This document shows positions 46,223 through 55,155 of a stretch of DNA of 64,000 nt, one piece after another; positions within the stretch are counted from its first letter, which is position 1, and each line of letters begins with the position of its first letter. Under the pieces are notes generated by a model. The model did not search any database. It had not been told where the DNA came from and worked only from the letters and a program-made list of their open reading frames with translations. The position numbers and the translations under genes are program-made. The DNA comes from Candidatus Falkowbacteria bacterium RIFOXYA2_FULL_38_12 (GTDB lineage: Bacteria; Patescibacteriota; Patescibacteriia; XYB2-FULL-38-15): assembly GCA_001778095.1 (NCBI GenBank), contig MFGA01000023.1, forward strand, positions 46,811 to 110,810, in the 5' to 3' direction.

Positions 46223-47281
46223 TTATTTCTTAATCGTTAATGTCCCCAGGTAAACAATATTACCTTCGTTGGGATCAACTAAAAGATAGCTGGCAGCGCG
46301 CGCTGTTGGCATTTTTTTAGTCACCCAACTTGCTCCGCCATCCACTGATTTATATATTGTTGAAGAAGTGCCGTAATAAATTTCATTTCCATTTTTTGGA
46401 TTGATGGCTAGAGAATAAATTTGCACATCTCCGGAAGGGGTCAACAAATTCATCGCCTGCCATGTTTCTCCCCCGTCAGTCGTTTTTATCATCCCATATT
46501 TTGTATCAGCCAAAAAAGTATTATCTTTGGAAAGATCGGAAACCATATTCCTTACAGTCTTTGCTCCCTTAAACTCTTTTAATTTGGGGGTTAGGTCAAC
46601 CCAAGTTTTTCCAGCATCAATTGATTTAAAAATTCCGTCTTTAGTTGTTCCTGCGTAAACAATCTTTCTATCTTTTTTGTCAACCAAAATTTTTACCAGA
46701 CCGCTGTCAAACCTATTCGCCACGAGCCAACTGGCTCCACTATCAACTGATTTTAATAAATCTCCCGTGGCAAGACCGGCGTAGATTACCGAAGGATTAT
46801 CCAGGTCAGTCGCCATTGTAGTTATTACTCCCTCAGCCCTTGAATCAACATAAGTCGCCTGCCATGAACGAGCGCAATCTATTGTTTTTAAAATTTTATT
46901 GCCAACTGCGGCATAAATCGCGCATTTATTTTTTGAATCAACGACTATATCATTAACTTTCCCGGAGGCCAAACCGGCGACCCTCTGCCACGATTCCGCA
47001 CCGTCAAGCGTGTAGAGAAGACCATTGTTTGCTGTTCCAAGATAAATTGTTTTTGAGTCTTGCGGATCAAAGACCAAAACCGAAACATCAACATTGGCAA
47101 TATTAACATTGCCTTTGACCGACGAAACCGCGATTTTTTGTTGCCATTTTTCGGCCTTATCAATTGATTTAAACACTCCGCCGGTTCCGCTTGTTTCACT
47201 TGATCCTTTTAGGCTGATACAGCTTGCTCCGGTAAAAACCAAAATGGCGAGCAAGGAGAAAAGAAGATAGACTTTTTTCAT
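46223..47281 (-). CDS. BNR/VPS10/YCF48-like beta-propeller lipoprotein
   Basis: Lipobox-like FTGAS-C; repeated K[ST]xDxGx[ST]W Asp boxes; start trimmed to ATG 47281. Confidence 0.88.
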   Translation of the reverse strand: MKKVYLLFSLLAILVFTGASCISLKGSSETSGTGGVFKSIDKAEKWQQKIAVSSVKGNVNIANVDVSVLVFDPQDSKTIYLGTANNGLLYTLDGAESWQRVAGLASGKVNDIVVDSKNKCAIYAAVGNKILKTIDCARSWQATYVDSRAEGVITTMATDLDNPSVIYAGLATGDLLKSVDSGASWLVANRFDSGLVKILVDKKDRKIVYAGTTKDGIFKSIDAGKTWVDLTPKLKEFKGAKTVRNMVSDLSKDNTFLADTKYGMIKTTDGGETWQAMNLLTPSGDVQIYSLAINPKNGNEIYYGTSSTIYKSVDGGASWVTKKMPTARAASYLLVDPNEGNIVYLGTLTIKK

Positions 47282-47322
47282 AAACACATAAATTTTATAG
47301 GTCTTCAGCCTGCCATGCAGGT

Positions 47323-47420
47323 CGTCATCCTGAACGCAGTGAAGGATCTCGGGCGAATGCCCGCAACATTCTTTTCTAGCCCGCATATGCGGGAGATTCT
47401 TCGCTCCGCTCAGAATGACG
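47323..47420. repeat. REP-like palindromic doublet
   Basis: CGTCATCCTGAACGCAGTGAAGGATCTC ... GAGATTCTTCGCTCCGCTCAGAATGACG with inner CCCGCATATGCGGG. Confidence 0.88.
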
Positions 47421-47448
47421 CAGAGAAAACCATTTATTTTGTTAAATT

Positions 47449-48423
47449 CTATAATAGCAACATCAGATTTTCCACAACAAGCCGCGGATTAAAATTTTCT
47501 CCAAGGTATCGGCTGGCTTTTTTTATTTCTCGGGACAGTTTAAAAAACAAACTTCCGTCAAAATTATCGGCTATTTTCTTTAACTCATTTTCAAAAACGG
47601 AATTAAAAACCAACTCTCGGCATCCATTTTGGAGCAATGCCATATCGCGTAAAAGTGTAAGCCAGACATTAAAAAAATTATTCAAAGAAGTGATCAGCTC
47701 TTGCGTATCTTTTTTTTCTTTAAAAACTTTTTCAAAAAAACTCATCTTCTCGGTAAAAGTTTCCGCGCTCATTGCCGTAATCAATCCCGTTGCTGTTTTT
47801 TTGTAATCGGAAAATGATGCCTCGCCCTCTTCATCTTTATTTTTCCAAAAATCAATCGCGAGTCCCGGTTTTCCCCAAGAGGCGCTGGCGAGATCCCGCG
47901 CGTCGTCTCGCTTGGCCCCCAGATCAATCAAGTGTTTATAAATTTCTTCATTGGCCACCGGAAAAAAATTAAAAACTTGGCAACGGGAAACCACTGTCGC
48001 GGGCAGAGAATTAACGCTCGAAGCGATCAAGATTATCACCGTTTTTGCCGTTGGCTCTTCTAAGGTTTTCAAAAGACTGTTAGCCGCCTCAATACTCAAT
48101 AACTCCGCTTCTTCTATAATACCAATTTTATAGGAATTTAAAAAGGAGCTCAAGGATAATTTATGCTCCAGCTCCCTTATTTGCTCAATACCGATGTTTT
48201 TTGTTAATTTATTTTCTTTCTCGTTATATCCTCTTTCCACAAAATGGATGTCGGGATGATTGACAATTGTCTTTTGAAGCAGAATTTCTGAAAAATTTTC
48301 CGCGATTGTCCTTTTGCCCAGTTTTCTCGCTCCACAAAACAAATAAGCGTGAGACACGCTATCGTTTTTGATACTTCTTTCCAAAAAACTGACTATATTT
48401 TTATGACCGATAATGTTTTGCAT
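47449..48423 (-). CDS. holB: DNA polymerase III subunit delta'
   Basis: IIGH, HAYLFCG, HPDI, IGIEQIREL, AANSLLKTLEEP, TVVSRCQ. Confidence 0.92.
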   Translation of the reverse strand: MQNIIGHKNIVSFLERSIKNDSVSHAYLFCGARKLGKRTIAENFSEILLQKTIVNHPDIHFVERGYNEKENKLTKNIGIEQIRELEHKLSLSSFLNSYKIGIIEEAELLSIEAANSLLKTLEEPTAKTVIILIASSVNSLPATVVSRCQVFNFFPVANEEIYKHLIDLGAKRDDARDLASASWGKPGLAIDFWKNKDEEGEASFSDYKKTATGLITAMSAETFTEKMSFFEKVFKEKKDTQELITSLNNFFNVWLTLLRDMALLQNGCRELVFNSVFENELKKIADNFDGSLFFKLSREIKKASRYLGENFNPRLVVENLMLLL

Positions 48424-48489
48424 AAGTTTAAATAATCAGCTACCAAACAACCACACAAAACTTGACATTTTCTCTATTTTATGTTTTAA

Positions 48490-48641
48490 ATAAAGGAAAG
48501 GAGGCGAGAAATGAAGCGCTTTATGGTTCCGCGCACAGCTCATTGTCCTGACGGGCAATGAGCTGGGACGTTCATGGCCCCCGCATGAACGTCCTACGGA
48601 GAAGGGGGAGGAGCATCATCTTTAAATGCTCCTTATTTTTT
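48490..48641 (+). ncRNA. Candidate structured transcript containing a 16-codon sORF (48511-48561)
   Basis: TTGACA at 48462; AAGGAGG at 48498-48504; MKRFMVPRTAHCPDGQ*; hairpins 48536-48565 and 48566-48594; terminator-like GGAGCAT..ATGCTCC plus T-tract. Confidence 0.55.
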
Positions 48642-48650
48642 ACTTAAATT

Positions 48651-49403
48651 CTAGTATTTTTCTGCGACTTTCCAAACTAAATTAAAAATTGCTCGCAGAG
48701 AATCACTTATATTTTTATTTTCAATAATTACTCCTATGATTTTACCCCTGCAAACACTTATTGAAATTTTATTTCCATAAATAACAATTTCCGTTGAAAA
48801 AGAAAATTTATCTTGCGAAATATAACGTCTTTCAATCACTCCTTCTTTCTGTTTTAATATTGGACCGCTTTTGCTAGTATAAAGAACTTTTATTGGAATA
48901 CTACCTATTCTTTTTAAAAAAGTATGCCTAAAATCATTATCACCAGGAGGAAAAATCTTATAATACTCGTCTAAGGATACTATTTCCTCTAAGCTCTCAC
49001 ACTTTGAGTTCAAAGCATCTTCTCGTATGGCTTCTAAACCATCTATACCTTCAAAAAATCTAACTTTTGGCTTTTCGTCGGCATTAGAAAAAATCATTTT
49101 CAATTCCGGGATCATATCACCAAGCTGTTTGATTTTTGTCCCGACTTCCGCCTCTTCTTTCTTAAGCAAAGTCATTAATTGATCCGGCGACTCGGCAGTA
49201 AAAAATCTCTTTTTTCCTTTTTCAAAAGAGCTCATCAATCCACGACCGATTAAGGATTCTATCATTACATAAGTCGTCGCCCTGTTCACTCCCGCCTTTT
49301 GAGCAATAACCTGAACCGGCGAGGGACCCAACTCCAAAGAAGACAAATAAACCTTTGCCTCTTTGTCTGACAAGCCTAATTTTTGCAATTCTTTATCTAG
49401 CAT
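48651..49403 (-). CDS. TrmB-family transcriptional regulator
   Basis: LQKLGLSDKEAKVYLSSLELG, IAQKAGVNRATTY, KPKVRFFEG, EIVIYGNKI. Confidence 0.88.
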   Translation of the reverse strand: MLDKELQKLGLSDKEAKVYLSSLELGPSPVQVIAQKAGVNRATTYVMIESLIGRGLMSSFEKGKKRFFTAESPDQLMTLLKKEEAEVGTKIKQLGDMIPELKMIFSNADEKPKVRFFEGIDGLEAIREDALNSKCESLEEIVSLDEYYKIFPPGDNDFRHTFLKRIGSIPIKVLYTSKSGPILKQKEGVIERRYISQDKFSFSTEIVIYGNKISISVCRGKIIGVIIENKNISDSLRAIFNLVWKVAEKY

Positions 49404-49478
49404 AAATTTTATTTCTAATTTTAATTGTTATTGAAGATTAACATAATTTGGGAGGGAAAGCAACTTAAAAAATTAGTT

Positions 49479-49598
49479 AAAAGTGTAAAGTTAAAAATTA
49501 AAAGTTACAGTCCAAAGTTAAAAATTGTCGTTATTTTAACCTTAAACCTTAAACCTTTAACCGTAACTTTTCACTTTGCATTTTTCACTTTTCACTTC
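49479..49598. repeat. Inverted pair of degenerate heptamer arrays overlapping the murC stop
   Basis: AAAAGTGTAAAGTTAAAAATTAAAAGTTACAGT... facing ...ACCGTAACTTTTCACTTTGCATTTTTCACTTTTCACTT. Confidence 0.75.
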
Positions 49599-50989
49599 AA
49601 CAATCCTTCCCCCACTCTCCACACATCCCCTGCTCCCATTGTAATAACAACATCGCCACTTTTTACCTCTTCGGATAAAAAATCCACCACCTCGGGAATT
49701 GTCCCGAGATACAGGGCATCTTTGCCTTGTTTTTTTAATACTTCAACTATATCTCTGGAATGCACCTCGCCTATTTTTTCCCTTGCCGAGCCGTAAATAT
49801 CAAGAACAATTATTTTATCCGCGTCATCAAAGGATTGAATAAAATCCGAAAGCAAAGCTTTTGTTCTGGAAAAGGTGTGTGGATGGAAAATGCACCAAAT
49901 TCTATTTTCAGGATATTTTTCTCTCGCAGCCTTTAAGGTAACCCTGATTTCAGTCGGATGATGGCCGTAGTCATCTATAATCGTAATTCCATCAATTTCC
50001 CCTTTTATCTCAAATCGCCGCACTGTTCCCAGAAAACCGCCAAGCGCTCTTTTTATATCCTCCAGCCTATAACCGAGCTGTGAGGCTGTTGCAACGACCG
50101 CCAGCGCGTTTAAAACATTATGATTGCCAAAAAGTTTAGTTTTAAAAGTTCCTTGGGAAACATTACCCTTAAAAACATCAAATATTGTTTCCCCTCCTTC
50201 TAATTTAATATTTTTCGCTTGCCTCGCCGTAGTTTGACGAAGGCGGGCTTGCCATTCTCCATTATTTAGTCCATAAGAAATTATTTCGCAAGAAGCGTCC
50301 TTGGAAATTTCTTCTACTTTTTTATCATCAAAACACGCTGTTAAAAATCCATCTCGCGGAATCTTTTTGATAAAATCTTGAAACGCCAGAATATAATCAT
50401 TCTCGGTTTTAAAAAAATCGGGATGATCATATTCAACACTGGTTAAAATTATTCCCAAAGGATCAAGATGCAAAAACTTATTTTGATATTCATCAGCCTC
50501 CACAACAATATTCCTTCCCTTGCCAACTCTAGCATTCCCACCGAATTGCGGCACAGCCGAACCAACCACGACCGTGGGGTCGGCTCCAAGCTCGGCCAAG
50601 ACAAAACCAAGCATGGCCGTTGTTGTCGTTTTTCCGTGCGTACCCGAAACGGCGATACACTCCCCTTCTTTGGAAATCAAGCCAAGAGCTTCCGGATAGC
50701 TTAGAATCGGTATGTTTTTATTTTTCGCCATCGCCAACTCTAAATTATTTTCCGCGTAGGCGGTTGAATAAATTATTAGTTCAGGCTTTTCCGCTTCCAG
50801 ATTGGCGAAATTGAAACCTTCGTAAACTTTTATCCCTCTCTTTTTTAATATTTCATCGGTAAAAAACTTTTCTTCTGTGTCCGAACCAACCACTTCCTTG
50901 CCCCTAGAATTAAAAATCTCGGCAAGAGCAGTCATGCCCACACCCTTTACCCCGATCATGTATATTTTTTTATAATCGTTCAAGTTCAT
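49592..50989 (-). CDS. murC: UDP-N-acetylmuramate--L-alanine ligase with a 10-aa palindromic insertion
   Basis: IGVKGVGM, VSGTHGKTTTT, VEADEY, DHPD, RRFE, DDYGHHPTE, FHPHTFSRT, TMGAGD. Confidence 0.96.
   Translation of the reverse strand: MNLNDYKKIYMIGVKGVGMTALAEIFNSRGKEVVGSDTEEKFFTDEILKKRGIKVYEGFNFANLEAEKPELIIYSTAYAENNLELAMAKNKNIPILSYPEALGLISKEGECIAVSGTHGKTTTTAMLGFVLAELGADPTVVVGSAVPQFGGNARVGKGRNIVVEADEYQNKFLHLDPLGIILTSVEYDHPDFFKTENDYILAFQDFIKKIPRDGFLTACFDDKKVEEISKDASCEIISYGLNNGEWQARLRQTTARQAKNIKLEGGETIFDVFKGNVSQGTFKTKLFGNHNVLNALAVVATASQLGYRLEDIKRALGGFLGTVRRFEIKGEIDGITIIDDYGHHPTEIRVTLKAAREKYPENRIWCIFHPHTFSRTKALLSDFIQSFDDADKIIVLDIYGSAREKIGEVHSRDIVEVLKKQGKDALYLGTIPEVVDFLSEEVKSGDVVITMGAGDVWRVGEGLLK
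50217..50253. repeat. 30-bp in-frame palindromic insert with a 7-bp direct repeat
   Basis: GCTTGCC at 50217 and 50247, around TCGCCGTAGTTTGACGAAGGCGG. Confidence 0.85.
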
Positions 50990-51008
50990 ATTTAGAGATA
51001 TAAACTTA

Positions 51009-51737
51009 TCACTTTTTAGCTATTGTGACAAGGTTCCATCCATCCCAGGGGCTAGTTTTTCTTCCCCTGTTTGAATAGAAATTTTCTATTATTTTAAAAT
51101 TACTTTTTTTGACTAGACCTCTTAATTCCCTTAAAGTAAAAGCATGCACATACCTCCTCGCCTCCGCCTTCCCGGTCTCAAAATTTTTCCAAGGAATAAG
51201 CGCGTCAAAAAAATCAAGCTTACTTCTAAAAATAATTTTTAAAAAGATATTTTTAAGAACATGGGCTAAATAACTTTTTTGGAATAAATTCCAATTAGTC
51301 ATAATCAAAATTCCATTTTCTTTTAAGGACCTTCCCGCTTTTTCAAGAACCTCTTGCCTTAATCTTTTCCCTGGAATGTGGTGCAAAACAGCAATCATGA
51401 AAATAACGTCGTATTTTTTAGAATCATCGAAATTAAGAACATCTCCAACGTAAAAACGGCGACTATTGCCCTCTCCCCATTCCTTTTTAGCCGCTTCTAT
51501 TAATTTTTCCGAATTATCAATACCAGTATAATCAATTGACTTTTCCTTCAAAAATCCGTATAATCTACCATTACCGCAACCCAGATCCAAAACTCTATCC
51601 CCTTCCTTTATATACTTAACAAAAGTATCCGCTTCTCCCCAAAACGCTTTTTTGCGGGTTAGGGAAAAGCGGTCGGCAATTTTATTGTAATCATTGCTAA
51701 CCTTCAACAATAATTCATTTTCTATTTCTTTCTTCAT
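51009..51737 (-). CDS. Trm9/ALKBH8-like class I SAM methyltransferase
   Basis: YNKIADRFSLTR...W, VLDLGCGNGR, IAVLHHI...R, DALIPW, RYVHAF...EL. Confidence 0.75.
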   Translation of the reverse strand: MKKEIENELLLKVSNDYNKIADRFSLTRKKAFWGEADTFVKYIKEGDRVLDLGCGNGRLYGFLKEKSIDYTGIDNSEKLIEAAKKEWGEGNSRRFYVGDVLNFDDSKKYDVIFMIAVLHHIPGKRLRQEVLEKAGRSLKENGILIMTNWNLFQKSYLAHVLKNIFLKIIFRSKLDFFDALIPWKNFETGKAEARRYVHAFTLRELRGLVKKSNFKIIENFYSNRGRKTSPWDGWNLVTIAKK

Positions 51738-51757
51738 ATTTTTTTATTCACAAAAAA

Positions 51758-53365
51758 ATGCAAAATATCCTGGAAAAAATTGTTTATAAGCTTCTCGCGA
51801 AAAATCCTTCAACACGAGATGAACTGGCCGAAATCAAGCGTCAGGTTGCGGGAAAAGAAAAAATGGCTTCCCCTGGTAACGCTAAAATTTTTAATATTTA
51901 TCAAAAACTTTTAAAGAAAAAAAAGATTGGACGAAATGAAAAGCTGGAAGCGATCTTAAAAAAAAGAGCAGTGAGGACAATCTCGGGGGTTGCTCCCGTG
52001 GCGATTCTTACCAAACCTTATCCTTGCCCCGGGAAATGCGCTTACTGCCCTACAGAAAAGGATATGCCTAAAAGCTATTTATCCAATGAACCGGCAGTAA
52101 TGCGAGCTATTCTCTGCGACTTCAGCCCCGTCCGCCAAGTAAACGCGCGCATTAAGGCGCTGGAAGCAAACGGACATCCGACCGACAAACTGGAAATTAT
52201 TGTGATCGGAGGGACATGGTCGGCTCTGCCCCCAACTTACCAAAAATGGTTTATAAAAAAATGCTTTGATACAGCCAACAATATTGATTCTAAAATCAAG
52301 AAAAAAACTAAAAATTTGGCCGAGGCGCAAAAAATAAACGAGACAGCTAAACACCGTATCATTGGCATCACTCTTGAGACGCGTCCGGATTTTATCACCC
52401 CTGAAGAAATAAGGCTAATGCGCGAGCTCGGATGCACAAGAGTTGAGCTGGGAGTGCAAAGCGTCTATGATTCTATTTTACAGAAAAATAATCGCGGACA
52501 CAATGTTTCAAAAACAATAGAGGCAACCAAATTGTTAAAAGACGCCGGCTTTAAGATCTGCTACCATATGATGCCAAACCTGCCGGGATCAACCCCGACC
52601 CTGGATTTAAAAATGTTTAAGGAAATTTTTAATAACCCAAAATTTCAACCTGACATGATTAAGATCTACCCTTGCGTTGTTACGAAGGGATCCGAACTTT
52701 ACAAATGGTGGAAAAGTGGTGAATACAAAAGTTATACAGAGTCCCAACTAATAAATCTTTTGATTAAAATGAAAAAAGTTGTTCCGATTTACGTTCGTAT
52801 TAATCGTTTAATCAGAGATATTCCTACCACAAGTATTGAATCGGGAAACATGGTCTCCAATTTGCGAGAAGTTTTACAGAAAAAAATGCTTGGCGAAGGA
52901 GTAATGTGCAAGTGCATTAGATGTCGGGAAGTTGGACACCAAAAAAATCAAATATCAAATTTTAAATCTATCAAATTATTTACTACCGAATACCTCGCCT
53001 CTGGCGGAAAAGAATATTTTTTAAGTTTTGAGTCGCTTAACAGAAAAATATTGTATGCCTTTCTACGCTTAAGAATTACTGCAATAAATACTATTAATAA
53101 TTTTAAAGAGCTTAAAGACGCCGCCCTTATAAGAGAACTTCATACCTTTGGCCACTTAGTGCCAATAGACGAAACATTTCTGGGAGCCAGCCAACACCTT
53201 GGTTTAGGAAAAAAATTAATGAATGAGGCGGAAAAAATAGTTAAAAAAAATAAACTAAAAAAAATAGCAGTAATATCTGGCGTTGGGGTAAGAGAATACT
53301 ACAAAAAATTAGGGTATAAAAAAGAAAACACTTATATGGTAAAATACCTAGAGAACGATCTCTAG
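51758..53365 (+). CDS. elp3: Elp3 radical SAM/GNAT tRNA U34 carboxymethyltransferase
   Basis: RTISGVAPVA, CPGKCAYCP, PKSY, GGTW, ITLETRPD, TRVELGVQ, HMMPNLPG, CIRCREV, IRELH, QHLGLGK, VISGVGVREYYKKLGY. Confidence 0.95.
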   Translation: MQNILEKIVYKLLAKNPSTRDELAEIKRQVAGKEKMASPGNAKIFNIYQKLLKKKKIGRNEKLEAILKKRAVRTISGVAPVAILTKPYPCPGKCAYCPTEKDMPKSYLSNEPAVMRAILCDFSPVRQVNARIKALEANGHPTDKLEIIVIGGTWSALPPTYQKWFIKKCFDTANNIDSKIKKKTKNLAEAQKINETAKHRIIGITLETRPDFITPEEIRLMRELGCTRVELGVQSVYDSILQKNNRGHNVSKTIEATKLLKDAGFKICYHMMPNLPGSTPTLDLKMFKEIFNNPKFQPDMIKIYPCVVTKGSELYKWWKSGEYKSYTESQLINLLIKMKKVVPIYVRINRLIRDIPTTSIESGNMVSNLREVLQKKMLGEGVMCKCIRCREVGHQKNQISNFKSIKLFTTEYLASGGKEYFLSFESLNRKILYAFLRLRITAINTINNFKELKDAALIRELHTFGHLVPIDETFLGASQHLGLGKKLMNEAEKIVKKNKLKKIAVISGVGVREYYKKLGYKKENTYMVKYLENDL

Positions 53366-53392
53366 TTTTAAATCTTTAACCTTTAACTCAAT

Positions 53393-53806
53393 ATGAAGCA
53401 AGACGAAAATAAAGACCTTTTATTGGAAAATGTGCTTATCGCTTCCGGTCCGGTAATTATTGAATGCGACAAAGTTCTTTTAAATAAACATGGCGATAAA
53501 AAGGAATGGAAATTTCCGGGTGGAGATATTTATGAAAAATCAGGAACTTTTGAGGAATGGGCTATCCGACGATCCAAAGAGGAAATGGGAATTGATTGCG
53601 AAATTGTGCGACCACTAAAACCGATGATTTTATGGCACGAAGACAAAACAATTATTTTGATTCATTATTTAGCCAGAAGAATTTCGGATAAAATTGAACC
53701 GGCAAAATTTATAGATGCCTGGGATTGGGTTGATATCAAAAATCTACCGGAAGATTGCGCTCCGAATATAAAACCGGTGATTGACGAATATTTAAAGACG
53801 AGGTAA
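53393..53806 (+). CDS. NUDIX hydrolase with a divergent box
   Basis: WKFPGG....GTFEEWAIRRSKEEMG. Confidence 0.8.
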   Translation: MKQDENKDLLLENVLIASGPVIIECDKVLLNKHGDKKEWKFPGGDIYEKSGTFEEWAIRRSKEEMGIDCEIVRPLKPMILWHEDKTIILIHYLARRISDKIEPAKFIDAWDWVDIKNLPEDCAPNIKPVIDEYLKTR

Positions 53807-53874
53807 AAAAGTATATGATCTAATTTTTTATACAACCGATCAATTTTATTATCTTTAAATTTAATTATAATTTT

Positions 53875-55122
53875 ATGACATATTTAAAAGAAACCGATCC
53901 CGAAATCGCAAATTTAATTGAAAAAGAAATAAACCGTCAAAGAAACGGGCTGGAAATGATCCCATCGGAAAATTTTGTCTCCTTGGCTGTGCTGGAAGCC
54001 CTGGGAAGCGTTCTGACTAATAAATATTCTGAAGGTTATTCGGGTAAACGTTACTACGGAGGTTGTGAATTTATCGATGGGGTGGAAGACCTAGCCATTT
54101 CTCGCGCCAAAGAACTTTTTGGCGCCGAGCACGTCAATGTTCAACCTTTATCCGGCGCGCCTGCCAATATTGCTGTTTATTTTGCTCTCTTGCAACCAGG
54201 CGACACCGTTTTGGGTATGGATCTTTCTCACGGCGGACATTTGACGCACGGCCATCCGGTTACCTATATGACAAAAATTTTTAATTTTGTCCGCTACAAA
54301 ACCAATGCCGAGGGAAATATAGATTTGAATGATTTAAGAAAAATGGCCATTTTGCATAAACCAAAAATAATCTTAGTCGGCTATTCAGCCTACTCGCGAG
54401 AAATAGAATACGCAAAAATAAAAGAAATTGCCGATGAGGTTGGGGCCGTCACCATGGCTGATATTGCCCATATCGCCGGATTGATTGCCGCAGGAGAAAT
54501 GAATAACCCTGTGCCAATTTTTGATGTTGTGACAACAACAACTCATAAGACCTTGCGCGGTCCGCGAGGTGGGATGATAATGTGCAAGAAAAAATTCGCT
54601 AAAGATATTGATAAATCAGTTTTTCCGGGATTTCAAGGCGGTCCGCACGAAAATAATATTGCTGCTAAGGCCATAGCCTTTAAAGAAGCGATGGAGCCAG
54701 CCTTTAGAGAATATGCGGCGCAAATTAAAAAAAATGCTAAAACCTTAGAACAAGAATTTAAAAAAATGGATTATAAAATATGTTTTGGCGGTACGGATAA
54801 CCATTTATTATTAATTGATCTCACCAATAAAAATATCTCCGGAAAAGAGGCAACAATCGCTTTAGACAAGGCCGGCATCACTGTCAATAAAAATATGGTG
54901 CCGGACGACCCCAGGAGCCCCATGGATCCTTCAGGTATTCGCCTTGGCACACCGGCCATAACTACCCGCGGAATGAAAGAAAATGAAATGATAATTGTCG
55001 CAAGCTTAATTAATGAGGCCGTAATGAATTGGCAAAATGAAGATCTTCTTGCCGATATTAAAAACCGTGTTCTTAAACTAACTCAAAATTTTCCCCTTTA
55101 TCCGGAATTGAATATCGCCTAA
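53875..55122 (+). CDS. glyA: Serine hydroxymethyltransferase
   Basis: IPSENF, NKYSEGY..KRYYGG, GGHLTHG, TTTTHKTLRGPRGG, QGGP, SGIRLGTPAITTRG. Confidence 0.98.
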   Translation: MTYLKETDPEIANLIEKEINRQRNGLEMIPSENFVSLAVLEALGSVLTNKYSEGYSGKRYYGGCEFIDGVEDLAISRAKELFGAEHVNVQPLSGAPANIAVYFALLQPGDTVLGMDLSHGGHLTHGHPVTYMTKIFNFVRYKTNAEGNIDLNDLRKMAILHKPKIILVGYSAYSREIEYAKIKEIADEVGAVTMADIAHIAGLIAAGEMNNPVPIFDVVTTTTHKTLRGPRGGMIMCKKKFAKDIDKSVFPGFQGGPHENNIAAKAIAFKEAMEPAFREYAAQIKKNAKTLEQEFKKMDYKICFGGTDNHLLLIDLTNKNISGKEATIALDKAGITVNKNMVPDDPRSPMDPSGIRLGTPAITTRGMKENEMIIVASLINEAVMNWQNEDLLADIKNRVLKLTQNFPLYPELNIA

Positions 55123-55155
55123 AAAAGGCACATAAAAGGGTGTTCCCGTATTTGC

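Noticed and set aside
20259-47386. N-terminal extensions in the ORF track (20327, 21182, 36119, 39820, 47386; also 2589 and 13460)
   Set aside because: They translate repeats, UTRs, pseudo-tRNA or overlapping genes; downstream ATGs fit family starts better
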